Shown one piece after another: positions 1 through 9,175 of a stretch of 64,000 bases of DNA. Source of the DNA: Thermoanaerobaculia bacterium (GTDB lineage: Bacteria > Acidobacteriota > Thermoanaerobaculia > Gp7-AA8); contig DASWBH010000037.1 of assembly GCA_036390755.1 (NCBI GenBank), positions 2,185-66,184 of the forward strand, in the 5' to 3' direction. A model generated the notes under the pieces. That model ran no database searches. It was not told where the DNA came from and saw nothing but the letters and a program-made list of their open reading frames with translations. A program made the translations under genes and the position numbers. Each line of letters opens with the position of its first letter. Position 1 is the first letter of the stretch.

Positions 1-61
1 ATTCCGGTCTTCGCGATCGTCAGGTCGTCCGGGCGGATCGAGCCGGTCGTGGGGAAATGAG

Positions 62-1123
62 ATGACCTTCCGCTTCGACCACCGGCTCGAATTCGCGTCG
101 ACGCTTCCGTCGAGCTGCTACATCGATCGCGCCGTGCTCGAACAGGAGCAGCGAAAGATCTTCGCGACGACGTGGCAGCTCGCCGGCCGCGCCGAACAGG
201 TTCGCGAGCCCGGCCAGTACTTCACGGCCGCGCTCGCGGGCGAGCCGCTGCTGATCGTTCGCGGCAACGACAACGCGCTGCGCGCGATGTCGAACGTCTG
301 CCGCCACCGCGCCGGTCCGGTTGCCAAAGGCGAAGGGAAGCGGCCCGTCCTTCAGTGCGGCTACCACGGCTGGACGTACTCGCTCGACGGCCGGCTGGCC
401 GTCACGCCGGAGTTCGAAGGAGTCGAGTGCTTCGACCGCGCGTCGGTGGCACTGCCGCAGTTCCGGATCGACGAGTGGCACGGGCTGCTGTTCGTGAACC
501 TCGATCCGGCCGCCGCATCGCTCACTGAATTTCTCGGCGATCTGCCGCGCGACATGCCGCAGCACGATCACGGCGGCTTCCGCCTCGCGGCGAGCAAGCG
601 ATGGGAGCTCGACTGCAACTGGAAGGTCTACGTCGACAACTACCTCGAGGGTTACCACATCCCGATCGTGCATCCGGGACTCTTCCGCGAGCTCGATTAT
701 CCGAGCTACCGCACCGAGACGCGCACGAACTATTCGATCCAGTTCGCGCCGACGAAGCACGCGAACCGCATCCGCACGAGCGGCGGCCAAGACGAGGTGC
801 GCTACTTCTGGATCTTTCCGAACCTCATGCTCAACGTCTACCCGGACAACTTCTCGACGAACCTCATCGTGCCACTCGGCCACGAGCGGACGCTGACGGT
901 CTTCGAGTGGTTCTTCCGCGATCCGGACGACGAGAAGACGAAGCGCGACCTCGCCGAGACGATCGCCTTCAGCGACGAGATCCAGCTCGAAGACGTCGCC
1001 ATCTGCGAAGCCGTCCAGCGCGGCCTGGCGTCATCGACCTACACGAGCGGCCGGTACTCGCCGCAGCGGGAAAATGGGGTCCATCATTTTCACTCGCTCT
1101 ACGTTGAAGCGATGGGCCTGTGA
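62..1123 (+). CDS. Rieske [2Fe-2S] aromatic ring-hydroxylating oxygenase alpha subunit-like protein
   Basis: Rieske motif CRHRAGP...CGYHGW at the N-terminus, with a C-terminal catalytic (mononuclear Fe) domain. 353 aa; ATG start. Confidence 0.8.
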   Translation: MTFRFDHRLEFASTLPSSCYIDRAVLEQEQRKIFATTWQLAGRAEQVREPGQYFTAALAGEPLLIVRGNDNALRAMSNVCRHRAGPVAKGEGKRPVLQCGYHGWTYSLDGRLAVTPEFEGVECFDRASVALPQFRIDEWHGLLFVNLDPAAASLTEFLGDLPRDMPQHDHGGFRLAASKRWELDCNWKVYVDNYLEGYHIPIVHPGLFRELDYPSYRTETRTNYSIQFAPTKHANRIRTSGGQDEVRYFWIFPNLMLNVYPDNFSTNLIVPLGHERTLTVFEWFFRDPDDEKTKRDLAETIAFSDEIQLEDVAICEAVQRGLASSTYTSGRYSPQRENGVHHFHSLYVEAMGL

Positions 1124-1200
1124 GTTAGTGGCTGGTGACTGGTTGCTAGTCGCTGAACGATCCATCCGCGACTAGCAACTAACAACCAGCAACCAACACC
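1124..1200. terminator. Imperfect heptamer-built inverted repeat downstream of the Rieske gene
   Basis: Arms GTTAGTG GCTGGTG ACTGGTT GCTAGTCGC and GCGACTAGC AACTAAC AACCAGC AACCAAC, with a perfect 12-bp core GTTGCTAGTCGC/GCGACTAGCAAC. Confidence 0.4.
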
Positions 1201-1217
1201 GTACACTTGAACCCGCA

Positions 1218-2996
1218 ATGGTCTCCTTCGAGATCCTCGGCTCGATCGCGCTGCTCTTTGTCGCGATCTACATCGTGTACCGGCAGATCGCTGCCGCGCG
1301 GGCCGAGCGCGCGCTCCGCGAGACCAACCAGTTCGCGGCGGAGATCATCGAGAACGCCGGCGAAGGAATCGTCGTCTACGACAGCCAGCTTCGCTATCTC
1401 CTCTGGAACCGGTTCATGGAGGACCTCACCGGCGTACCGGCGGAGGATGTGATCGGAAAGCATGCGATGGATCTGTTCCCGCACATCCGCGAGCAGCACG
1501 TCGACGATCTGCTGCGCCGGGCGATGGAAGGGCAGACCGTCTCGTCGCCCGACATCCACTACTTCGTCCCCGGCTCGAGCCGCCGCGGCTGGGTCTCGGC
1601 GGTCTATCGCCCGCATTACGACGCCAGCGGCAACATCGTCGGCGTCATCGGCCTCATTCGCGACATCACGATGCGGAAGGCGGCCGAGCAGCAGATCGAG
1701 TATCAGGCGTACCACGACTCGTTGACCGGTCTGGCGAACCGGCGTCTGTTCCAGGAGCACCTCACGCTCGCGCTGGCGCTGGCGCAGCGCCGGCGGAAGC
1801 TCGTCGGCGTGCTCTTCCTCGACCTCGACCACTTCAAAGTCGTCAACGACTCCCTCGGGCACAGCGTCGGCGATGACCTGCTCAAGCAGATCGCCGTCCG
1901 GCTGAAAGCGACCGTGCGCGAAGGCGACACGGTCGCGCGCGTCGGCGGCGACGAGTTCACGATCGTCCTGCAGGACCTGCAGCGCAAGGACGACGCTGCG
2001 CTCGTCGCCGAGAAGGTGCTGCGCACGATCGCGCAGCCGGCAGAGGTCGCGGGGAAGCGGATCTACGTGACGACCAGCATCGGCATCACGACGTTCCCCG
2101 ATGACGGCGAAGACGCGGAGACACTGCTCAAAAACGCCGACAACGCGATGTACAGCGCGAAAGCGCAGGGGCGGAACACGTACCACATGTCGACGCAGGA
2201 GCTGAGCCGCTCGGTGCAGGAGCGCATGTCGCTCGAGAGCGCGCTGCACCTGGCCATGGAGCGCGAGGAGTTCGAGCTCGTCTATCAGCCGCAGATCGAC
2301 CTGCGGACGATGAAGATCGCCGGCATGGAGGCCCTGCTGCGCTGGCGTCATCCCGATCGAGGCCTGATCTCACCCGGCGACTTCATCTCCGTGGCCGAGG
2401 ATCGCGGCTACATCGTGTTGATCGGCGACTGGGTTCTGCGCACCGCGTGTCTGCAGGCGCGCTCTCTGCGCGATCGCGGGCACGGTTCGGTGAGAGTGGC
2501 GGTGAATCTGTCGGCGCGACAGTTCCGCGAGCTCTCGCTCGTCGCACGCGTCGAGGCGGCGATCGCCGCGGCGAAAATCGATCCGCATGTCCTCGAGCTC
2601 GAGATCACCGAGAGCGTCGCGGTGGAGAACGTCGATCTGACGCTGGCGGTGCTCAAGCAATTGCGGGAGCTCGGCATCTCGATCGCGATTGACGACTTCG
2701 GCACGGGCCACTCCGCGCTCAGTTACCTGAAACGCTTCCCGATCGACACGTTGAAGATCGATCGCAGTTTCATCTCCGATCTGCCCGCGCCGGCCGACGC
2801 GGCGATCGTTCGCGCGGTCATCCAGCTTGCCGCGGGCCTGAAGCTGCGCGTCGTCGCGGAAGGTGTCGAGAGGAAGGAGCAGCTCGACTTTCTCATCGAG
2901 AACGGCTGCGCCGAAGTGCAGGGGTTTTACTTTGGTGCGCCGATCAGGGAGGAGAATGTTGAGGAATTGTGGACTAAGGCGGTGGTCGTGGAGTAG
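1218..2996 (+). CDS. Membrane-anchored PAS-GGDEF-EAL protein (diguanylate cyclase/phosphodiesterase)
   Basis: N-terminal TM segment, a PAS region, the GGDEF motif (RVGGDEFTIVL), and an EAL domain (EALLRW, DDFGTGHS). Confidence 0.85.
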   Translation: MVSFEILGSIALLFVAIYIVYRQIAAARAERALRETNQFAAEIIENAGEGIVVYDSQLRYLLWNRFMEDLTGVPAEDVIGKHAMDLFPHIREQHVDDLLRRAMEGQTVSSPDIHYFVPGSSRRGWVSAVYRPHYDASGNIVGVIGLIRDITMRKAAEQQIEYQAYHDSLTGLANRRLFQEHLTLALALAQRRRKLVGVLFLDLDHFKVVNDSLGHSVGDDLLKQIAVRLKATVREGDTVARVGGDEFTIVLQDLQRKDDAALVAEKVLRTIAQPAEVAGKRIYVTTSIGITTFPDDGEDAETLLKNADNAMYSAKAQGRNTYHMSTQELSRSVQERMSLESALHLAMEREEFELVYQPQIDLRTMKIAGMEALLRWRHPDRGLISPGDFISVAEDRGYIVLIGDWVLRTACLQARSLRDRGHGSVRVAVNLSARQFRELSLVARVEAAIAAAKIDPHVLELEITESVAVENVDLTLAVLKQLRELGISIAIDDFGTGHSALSYLKRFPIDTLKIDRSFISDLPAPADAAIVRAVIQLAAGLKLRVVAEGVERKEQLDFLIENGCAEVQGFYFGAPIREENVEELWTKAVVVE

Positions 2997-3083
2997 CGGC
3001 CAGCCCTGCTACACCGGCACCGATGACGATGACGTCAAACCGCAATCGGAAAGAGGGGAGTGCGCGTTACGTGCCGGGAGGGA

Positions 3084-3126
3084 GTTGTCGGTTGTCGGTT
3101 GCCAGTCGTTGGCAACCGTCACCCGG
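3084..3126. terminator. Heptamer-repeat hairpin between convergent genes
   Basis: GTTGTCG GTTGTCG GTTGCCA GTCG TTGGCAACC; the palindromic core is GGTTGCCA-gtcg-TTGGCAACC. Confidence 0.45.
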
Positions 3127-3129
3127 TAA

Positions 3130-3372
3130 CTACTCTCCGACGATCTCGCGCCACGGCAGTTTGCGAACTGCCATCACCTTTTCGTCGATCTCCACCTGCG
3201 TGGCCTTGTCGCCGAGCACACGACGCAGGTACTCGACTTCCGGCGAGACCAGTTTGTTGTGCTTGGGAAGGAGGCGGATCGCGGCGTTCTGGAGATTTCG
3301 TTCGGAAACGGTGATGAGCTTCGATGGTTTCTTGATCCTGATCATTTCGCTCATAGTATGACCAACCGGCAA
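3130..3372 (-). CDS. Hypothetical small protein (80 aa)
   Basis: ORF with protein-like composition lying downstream of the Zn-ribbon ORF on the same strand. No family recognised. Confidence 0.4.
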   Translation of the reverse strand: MPVGHTMSEMIRIKKPSKLITVSERNLQNAAIRLLPKHNKLVSPEVEYLRRVLGDKATQVEIDEKVMAVRKLPWREIVGE

Positions 3373-3403
3373 TAGTGCCGAAACAATCCTATAGCAGAGT
3401 CAT

Positions 3404-3598
3404 TTACCTTTTTCGGGTGTTTGAGATCACACGTGCCGGTAGTGCGGAGCGAAACGCGAGCGTCTGTTGCACGAACTCGCGGCGCTCCGAAACGCATCCG
3501 CACAGCGCGCAGCGCACGCCGTCGGGATGCGCGGCGCGCGAGTGGAGGCAGATCTCGCATTTCTTCGCAGGAGCGCTCATCTCCATGATCATCATCAA
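3404..3598 (-). CDS. Putative small zinc-ribbon protein
   Basis: Two CxxC pairs (CEIC...CALCGC) in 64 aa; 31-nt gap to the next minus-strand gene. Confidence 0.35.
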   Translation of the reverse strand: MMMIMEMSAPAKKCEICLHSRAAHPDGVRCALCGCVSERREFVQQTLAFRSALPARVISNTRKR

Positions 3599-3603
3599 AA
3601 GCG

Positions 3604-4536
3604 ATGCCTGCGCGGTCGTTTTCTCTTCCGCGTAGAATTTCGGACCTCCAGGTGAGCGACGAAGTCCTGATCAATCCGCCATCCGGACCGATCGGCGATC
3701 GCAACGCGATCCTCTCCGGCATCACGCGCTACTACGACGTGCGGCGATTCGCCGGCCCTCTGTCACTGAAGAGCGTCGTGCGCGGCCGGGCCACGTGGAC
3801 GACGGGCGCCGGTAGCTTCGTCGTCGACCCCGGTGCCGCGCTGATCGTCCACGAAGGCGAGGAGTACGACATCGCCATCGATGCTCTGCAGCCGGTAGAG
3901 ACTTTCTGCATTTTCTTCGCCCCTCGGTTCGTCGAGGACGCGCTCCAGTCCGCCACGACATCGAGCGCGGCGCTGCTCGACGCGCCACCGCCGGAGCGGC
4001 GGATCGAATTTCCCGAGCGCTTGCTGTACGCGCTGCCTGTCGTCGAGTCGCTCATCGCGGCGCACGGCTCGATGCGCGCCGGAGAGCCAGTCGCTGAAAC
4101 GATCGCCGGCGTCGCCTCCGCGCTCGTTCACGCGGCGTGCGATGTCGACGCGCGCGTGGCGCGGCTGCCGGCGCTGCGCTCGTCGACGCGCGAGGAGCTG
4201 CGCCGCCGCATCGCGCGCGGCACTGATTACATTCACGCGAACATCGATCGCGCGCTGCCGCTCGCCGAAGTCGCGGGCGCAGCGTGCCTGTCGCCGTTTC
4301 ACTTCCATCGCCTCTTCTCCGCGTTTCACGGCGAGCCGCCGCATCGCTACATCACGCGCGTGCGCCTGGCCCGGGCGTGTGCGCTGCTGCGCGGCGAGCG
4401 CAGCGTGACCGAGGTGGCGATGGAGTGCGGGTTCGAGAGCGTCGGCTCGTTCACGACGCTCTTCACGCGACGCTTCGGCCAGCCGCCGGCGCGATTTCGC
4501 AAGAATGAAGAAGCGGCCGCGTCGCGCGCTCACTAG
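3604..4536 (+). CDS. AraC-family transcriptional regulator
   Basis: C-terminal AraC HTH (FHFHRLFSAFHGEPPHRYITRVRLARACALL). The N-terminal ligand-binding domain is unclassified. Confidence 0.75.
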   Translation: MPARSFSLPRRISDLQVSDEVLINPPSGPIGDRNAILSGITRYYDVRRFAGPLSLKSVVRGRATWTTGAGSFVVDPGAALIVHEGEEYDIAIDALQPVETFCIFFAPRFVEDALQSATTSSAALLDAPPPERRIEFPERLLYALPVVESLIAAHGSMRAGEPVAETIAGVASALVHAACDVDARVARLPALRSSTREELRRRIARGTDYIHANIDRALPLAEVAGAACLSPFHFHRLFSAFHGEPPHRYITRVRLARACALLRGERSVTEVAMECGFESVGSFTTLFTRRFGQPPARFRKNEEAAASRAH

Positions 4537-4539
4537 GAT

Positions 4540-5193
4540 GTGAGCATGAACGAGCTATTCGAAGCGATCAGCCGCGGCGACGCGGCGAAGGTGCAGTCGA
4601 TCCTCGACCGCGATCCCGCGCAGATCTCCTCGACCGAGAACAACACCACGCCGCTGCTGATGGCGCTCTATTGCGGGCAGAAGCACGTTGCCGATGTGCT
4701 CGCCGGCCGCGGCGCCCGCATCGGCTTCCCCGAGGCGTGCGCGATGGGAGACCTCGATCGAGTGCGATCGATGGCGGAGAAGGACCTCTCCCTCATCGAC
4801 ACCCGCAGCCCCGACGGCTTCCCGCCCCTCGGCCTGGCGATTTTCTTCCGGCACCCGCAGATCGCAAAACTCCTGATCGAGCGCGGAGCGGACGTGAACT
4901 CGGTCTCGACGAACAAGCAGCACGTCGCGCCGGTCCATGCGGCCGCGGCGGTGGGCGACGTCGCGATGATGAAGCTGCTGCTCGAGCGCGGCGCGAACGC
5001 GAACGCGAAGCAGGAGTCGGACTACACGCCACTGCACGAGGCGGCCGGACGCGGAAACACAGAGATGGCGCAGCTGCTCCTCGCGCACGGCGCCGACTTG
5101 CACGCGAAGGCGAGCGACGGCTCGACGCCGGCGGATACAGCGGTGAAGCGGGGGCAGCCGGCCTTTGCGGAGTGGATTCGTACCGTCACGTAG
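4540..5193 (+). CDS. Ankyrin-repeat protein
   Basis: About five ANK repeats (TPLLMAL..., PLHEAAGRGNTEMAQLLLAHGAD). Confidence 0.8.
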   Translation: MSMNELFEAISRGDAAKVQSILDRDPAQISSTENNTTPLLMALYCGQKHVADVLAGRGARIGFPEACAMGDLDRVRSMAEKDLSLIDTRSPDGFPPLGLAIFFRHPQIAKLLIERGADVNSVSTNKQHVAPVHAAAAVGDVAMMKLLLERGANANAKQESDYTPLHEAAGRGNTEMAQLLLAHGADLHAKASDGSTPADTAVKRGQPAFAEWIRTVT

Positions 5194-6307
5194 TTGCTGG
5201 TTGCCGGTTGTCGGTGGTCGAGTGCAGCGGGATGTCCGGAAACGATCCTCGCGCGAAGAAGACGTGCTCGGCGACCGCGCGCATCAACGGCAGTCGCAGC
5301 ATCGCGCACGCAAGCTCCATCGTCAGCGGGTGAGAGACCGCTGCCATCGCGCGGCGCATCCATCGGCGTGCGACGAAGCGCGCGCGGAAGCGCTCGCCGG
5401 AGTATCGCTGCAGGACCGCTGGATCGCCGCTGTCGAGAAACTCCGCGACCACGTTGGCCGCGAACGCTGACAGTCGCATCGCGGCGTCCAGTCCGCCCGC
5501 GGTCAGCGGAGACACGGCGCCGGCTGCGTCGCCGACGAGCAGCGCGTGCGTGTTCGCGATTCTTCGCAGAATCCCGTTCACCGGAATCAGACCTCCGCGC
5601 CGTTCGAGCGCGCGGCCATGACGGAATCGCTCGCGGAACCGTGCGAGTGAGGCGACCGGGTCGAAGCGGCCGCGATAGCCGGCCAGGCCGATGTGCGCTT
5701 CCGTCCCGTCATCGACGAGCCAGGCGATGTAGCCCGGTGCAAGCCGCGGATCGAGAAAGCAGTGCAGTGCCGGCGAACCGCCGCGGCTCGGCACCACGTC
5801 TTCGAGTCCGACGAGGAACTCGGAGTTGCGGTCGAGACCGAACGTGCGGGCGACGCGCGAGCGAGGTCCATCAGCCCCGACAGCGAATCGCGCGGAGATT
5901 CGCTCCGTGTGGCGGCCGCGTTCGACCGTGAACGTTGAACGCTCCGCGCTGACGAACTTCGTCGCCGGCATCCACCGCACGCCCGCACGCACGCACTGCT
6001 CGAGCATGTCGATGTAGATCCACGGCATGCGTCCGACGCGAAACTCGTCATGACCGGCGACGAGCCGGAGCGGACGTCCGGCCGGAGAGTAGAGCGTGAC
6101 CTCGCGGATGGGCGGGCCGAGCTGCTCGCCGCGAATCGGAAAGTCCTCCCAGGTTTTGCGGACGAAGATGCCGGTCGTCTGAATCGCGTCGGTCACCGAT
6201 GCCTTGCGGTCGACGAGCACGACGCGAGCGCCGCGGTGGGCGAGTCTGCGCGCGCACTGCAGTCCGGCCAGGCCGGCTCCGATGACGACCACATCCGATC
6301 TGTGCAT
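5186..6307 (-). CDS. FAD-dependent oxidoreductase, geranylgeranyl reductase family
   Basis: N-terminal GxGxxG (VVVIGAGLAGL) and a GDAAG motif. 373 aa. Confidence 0.75.
   Translation of the reverse strand: MHRSDVVVIGAGLAGLQCARRLAHRGARVVLVDRKASVTDAIQTTGIFVRKTWEDFPIRGEQLGPPIREVTLYSPAGRPLRLVAGHDEFRVGRMPWIYIDMLEQCVRAGVRWMPATKFVSAERSTFTVERGRHTERISARFAVGADGPRSRVARTFGLDRNSEFLVGLEDVVPSRGGSPALHCFLDPRLAPGYIAWLVDDGTEAHIGLAGYRGRFDPVASLARFRERFRHGRALERRGGLIPVNGILRRIANTHALLVGDAAGAVSPLTAGGLDAAMRLSAFAANVVAEFLDSGDPAVLQRYSGERFRARFVARRWMRRAMAAVSHPLTMELACAMLRLPLMRAVAEHVFFARGSFPDIPLHSTTDNRQPATT
5194..5221. repeat. Direct tandem heptamers TTGCTGG TTGCCGG TTGTCGG TGGTCGA
   Basis: 7-nt periodic array immediately after the ankyrin stop. 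It encodes the last residues (RQPATT) of the convergent gene 5186..6307. Confidence 0.5.
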
Positions 6308-6351
6308 GCGAGTACTTTACACTGCAAAGTACTCGCCGACAATCGGGCCGG

Positions 6352-7593
6352 CTACGACGGCTGCGAAAAAATCAGCGTCGCGTTCGTGCCGCCGAACCCG
6401 AACGAGTTCGACATCACGTGGCGAACCTTCTTCTCGCGCGCCTTGTTCGGCACGTAGTCGAGGTCGCACTCCGGGTCGGGCGTTTCATAGTTGATCGTCG
6501 GCGGGATGATCCCGGTCTCGACGACCTTCGCCGCGATCGCAGACTCGAGCCCGCCCGCGGCGCCGAGGAGGTGACCGGTCATCGATTTGGTGGAGCTGAC
6601 GGCGACCTTGTACGCGTAGTCGGCGAACACCCGCTTGATCGCCAGGGTCTCGATCCTGTCGCCGACCGGTGTCGACGTTCCGTGTGCGTTGATGTAGTCG
6701 ATCTCTTCGGGCTGCATGCCGGCGTCTTTGAGCGCGCGTTGCATCACGCGCATCATTCCGCCGGCGTCTTCCGACGGCGACGTGATGTGGTACGCGTCGC
6801 TCGACATGCCGTAGCCGGTCAGCTCGCAGTAAATCCGCGCGCCGCGCGCGAGAGCATATTCGCGCTCCTCGAGCAGCAGCACGCCCGCTCCCTCGCCCAT
6901 GACGAAGCCGTCTCGATTGAGGTCCCACGGACGCGACGCTTTCTCCGGCTCGTCGTTGCGCGTGGAGAGCGCGCGCATCGCCGCGAATCCGCCCACCGCC
7001 AGCGGCGTGATGACCGCCTCGCTGCCGCCGGCGAACATCACGTCCGCTTCGTCATAGCGGATCACGCGCGCGGCGTCGCCGATGGCATGCGCTCCCGTCG
7101 CGCAGGCGGTCGCCGGCGCGGAGCTCGGCCCCTTCGCGCCGAAGCGGATCGAGATCTGTCCGGCCGCCAGGTTGACGATCAGGCCGGGAATGAAGAACGG
7201 CGAGATGCGGGTCGGCCCGCGCTCCATCATCTTCGTATGCATCTCTTCGATGAGCGGCAGACCGCCGATCCCCGATCCGATGATCACGCCCACGCGGTCG
7301 CCGTCGCATGTCTTCCAATCGAGCCTCGCATCGTCGACGGCCATCTGCGCCGCGGCCACGGCGTAGTGGATGAAGGTGTCGGACTTCTTGACTTCCTTTT
7401 TCTCGATCCAGTCCTCGGGGTTGAAGCCGCGCACTTCGCCGGCGATCTGCGCGGGGAAGGCGCTGGCGTCGAACTTCGTGATCTTCCCTACACCGGAGCG
7501 GCCCTCGATGAGGCCCTGCCAAGTCGGCTCGCTCCCCACGCCGAGGGGCGAGATCATTCCGATGCCGGTGACGACGACGCGACGTTTGGTCAT
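6352..7593 (-). CDS. fabF: Beta-ketoacyl-ACP synthase II
   Basis: Conserved KAS II sequence throughout ([18 protein letters not shown], active-site Cys region, [17 protein letters not shown]). Start moved to the internal ATG at 7593, which matches the FabF N-terminus. Confidence 0.9.
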   Translation of the reverse strand: MTKRRVVVTGIGMISPLGVGSEPTWQGLIEGRSGVGKITKFDASAFPAQIAGEVRGFNPEDWIEKKEVKKSDTFIHYAVAAAQMAVDDARLDWKTCDGDRVGVIIGSGIGGLPLIEEMHTKMMERGPTRISPFFIPGLIVNLAAGQISIRFGAKGPSSAPATACATGAHAIGDAARVIRYDEADVMFAGGSEAVITPLAVGGFAAMRALSTRNDEPEKASRPWDLNRDGFVMGEGAGVLLLEEREYALARGARIYCELTGYGMSSDAYHITSPSEDAGGMMRVMQRALKDAGMQPEEIDYINAHGTSTPVGDRIETLAIKRVFADYAYKVAVSSTKSMTGHLLGAAGGLESAIAAKVVETGIIPPTINYETPDPECDLDYVPNKAREKKVRHVMSNSFGFGGTNATLIFSQPS

Positions 7594-7599
7594 CAAAAA

Positions 7600-7665
7600 A
7601 ATGCTGAGGATGAAGGCCTCAGGGCTGAGGAACGGCTCAGCACCACGACCCACAGCTCAGCAGCA
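7600..7665 (-). terminator. acpP-fabF intergenic stem-loops followed by a U7 tract (attenuator/terminator)
   Basis: Minus-sense CCTCAGCCCTGAGG and CTGAGG..CCTCAG palindromes, then TTTTTTT immediately before the fabF ATG. Confidence 0.45.
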
Positions 7666-7690
7666 GGGGACAATCAGATGTTGTGCCGGA

Positions 7691-7930
7691 TTATTGCGCC
7701 TTGGCGCGCTTCTCGATGTAGTCGACGGCGTCGCGGACCTTGCGGATCTTCTCGGCTTCGTCATCCGAGATCTCCACGCCGAATTCCTCTTCGAACGCCA
7801 TGATCAGCTCGACCGTGTCGAGCGAGTCTGCGCCCAGATCTTCCACGAAGGAGGCGTCGGGCGTGACCTCCTCCGCGTCGACCCCAAGCTGCTCGACGAT
7901 GATGTTCTTGACCCGATCCTCAACGGACAT
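7691..7930 (-). CDS. acpP: Acyl carrier protein
   Basis: 79 aa with the phosphopantetheine attachment motif [16 protein letters not shown] upstream of the internal ATG at 7930. Confidence 0.9.
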   Translation of the reverse strand: MSVEDRVKNIIVEQLGVDAEEVTPDASFVEDLGADSLDTVELIMAFEEEFGVEISDDEAEKIRKVRDAVDYIEKRAKAQ

Positions 7931-8031
7931 CGAAATTCCTCCTCGCTTTCCGGCGCAGCGAAAATGCAGGCCGCGTTTTAGCACAAAAGGCGTCAGGGAC
8001 AAGTGCGGCGAGCGCGAATCGTATACAGTCC

Positions 8032-8343
8032 ATGACGTTGGGGAACAGGATTTTCTCGTACGAAGAAGCGGCTGAGCTTCTGCCGGAAGTGCAGAAGTTG
8101 ACGAACGACGCCGTCGCTCGCGCCGACGCGCTCGACGAGGCCACGGCAACCGGTGACGACTACCAGCGCATCGTCCAGTCCTGGGCCGACTCCATCCTCC
8201 GCCTCGGCATCGAGGTCAAGGGTCTCTGGCTCATCGACTTCGACAACGGCAGCGGTTACTACTGCTGGAAGTATCCGGAGGAATCGCTGCAGTACTTCCA
8301 CGGATACGAGGAAGGCTTCGGCGGACGCGTCAAACTGCAATGA
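8032..8343 (+). CDS. Conserved hypothetical protein (103 aa)
   Basis: Clean ORF; no family recognised. Stop overlaps the start of the next gene. Confidence 0.5.
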   Translation: MTLGNRIFSYEEAAELLPEVQKLTNDAVARADALDEATATGDDYQRIVQSWADSILRLGIEVKGLWLIDFDNGSGYYCWKYPEESLQYFHGYEEGFGGRVKLQ

Positions 8344-9143
8344 CCCTGAAAGCCATCGGATTCGATTTGTGGGAGACGCTCATCACCGATACACCCGAGG
8401 CATCGCGCGCGCAGGAGCGGCTGCGGATCGCGCGGATGGAATCGCTCCTCGTCGCGCGCGGCTACCGGCACGAGGCCCATCAACTCGAGCGCGCGTATCG
8501 CGTGCTGTGGCAGCGGTGTCATGACCTGTACTGGTCGGAGGACCGCGACATCCCGTGCCGCAGACAGATCGAGGTGTTCCTCGAGGAGCTCGGCGTCGCG
8601 CCTGCTGATCTCGATCCCGCCACGCTCGAGCAGCTCGAGCACGTGTACGCCAACGCCGCGGTCGAGCTGCTGCCGTCGGTCGTGCCCGGCGCGCGCGAGC
8701 TCCTTGCCGAAGTGCGCCGCCGCGGATTCGGAACGGGACTGATCAGCAACACCGGCCGCACACCGGGCTACGCGCTGCGCGAGATTCTGAAGCGCCTCGA
8801 GCTCGCTCCGATGATCGACGCGATGGTCTTCTCCAACGAACACGGCCAGTGCAAGCCGCAGCCGTCGATCTTCGAGCAGCTCCGCCGCCACCTCGGCGTC
8901 GCATACGACGAGATGCTCTTCGTCGGCGATAACCTCTACGTCGACATCCTCGGCGCGAAACGATGCGGGATGAAGGCGATCCACTTCATCCCGCCGGTAA
9001 GAGGAACGGCGGTGGCGCCGGCCGTCGAGCACGAGGAAGTCGAGCCGGATGCAGTTGTGAGCGACTTGCGGGACGTCGTCGAGGCGATCGCGAGATTCGA
9101 GACTCGAGATTCGGGATTCGAGAAAACGGGCCGCGGCAAATGA
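8340..9143 (+). CDS. HAD-superfamily hydrolase
   Basis: HAD motif I (FDLWETLITD) and motif IV-like (FVGDNLYVDILGA). Confidence 0.75.
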   Translation: MTLKAIGFDLWETLITDTPEASRAQERLRIARMESLLVARGYRHEAHQLERAYRVLWQRCHDLYWSEDRDIPCRRQIEVFLEELGVAPADLDPATLEQLEHVYANAAVELLPSVVPGARELLAEVRRRGFGTGLISNTGRTPGYALREILKRLELAPMIDAMVFSNEHGQCKPQPSIFEQLRRHLGVAYDEMLFVGDNLYVDILGAKRCGMKAIHFIPPVRGTAVAPAVEHEEVEPDAVVSDLRDVVEAIARFETRDSGFEKTGRGK

Positions 9144-9175
9144 CGAATCCCGAATCCCGAATCCCGTATCCCGAG
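9092..9175. repeat. Heptamer-built inverted repeat spanning the HAD stop / MBL start junction
   Basis: Left arm GAGATTC GAGACTC GAGATTC GGGATTC GAG; right arm (CGAATCC)x3 CGTATCC CGAG. The 13-bp perfect stem 9108-9120/9144-9156 encloses the ATG at 9140. Confidence 0.6.

Noticed and set aside
3375-3635. 86-aa plus-strand ORF overlapping the Zn-ribbon ORF, plus other short overlapping ORFs (3467..3655, 3722..3988, 4142..4408).
   Set aside because: They are embedded out of frame in better-supported genes, have Arg/Ser-rich composition, and lack an RBS.
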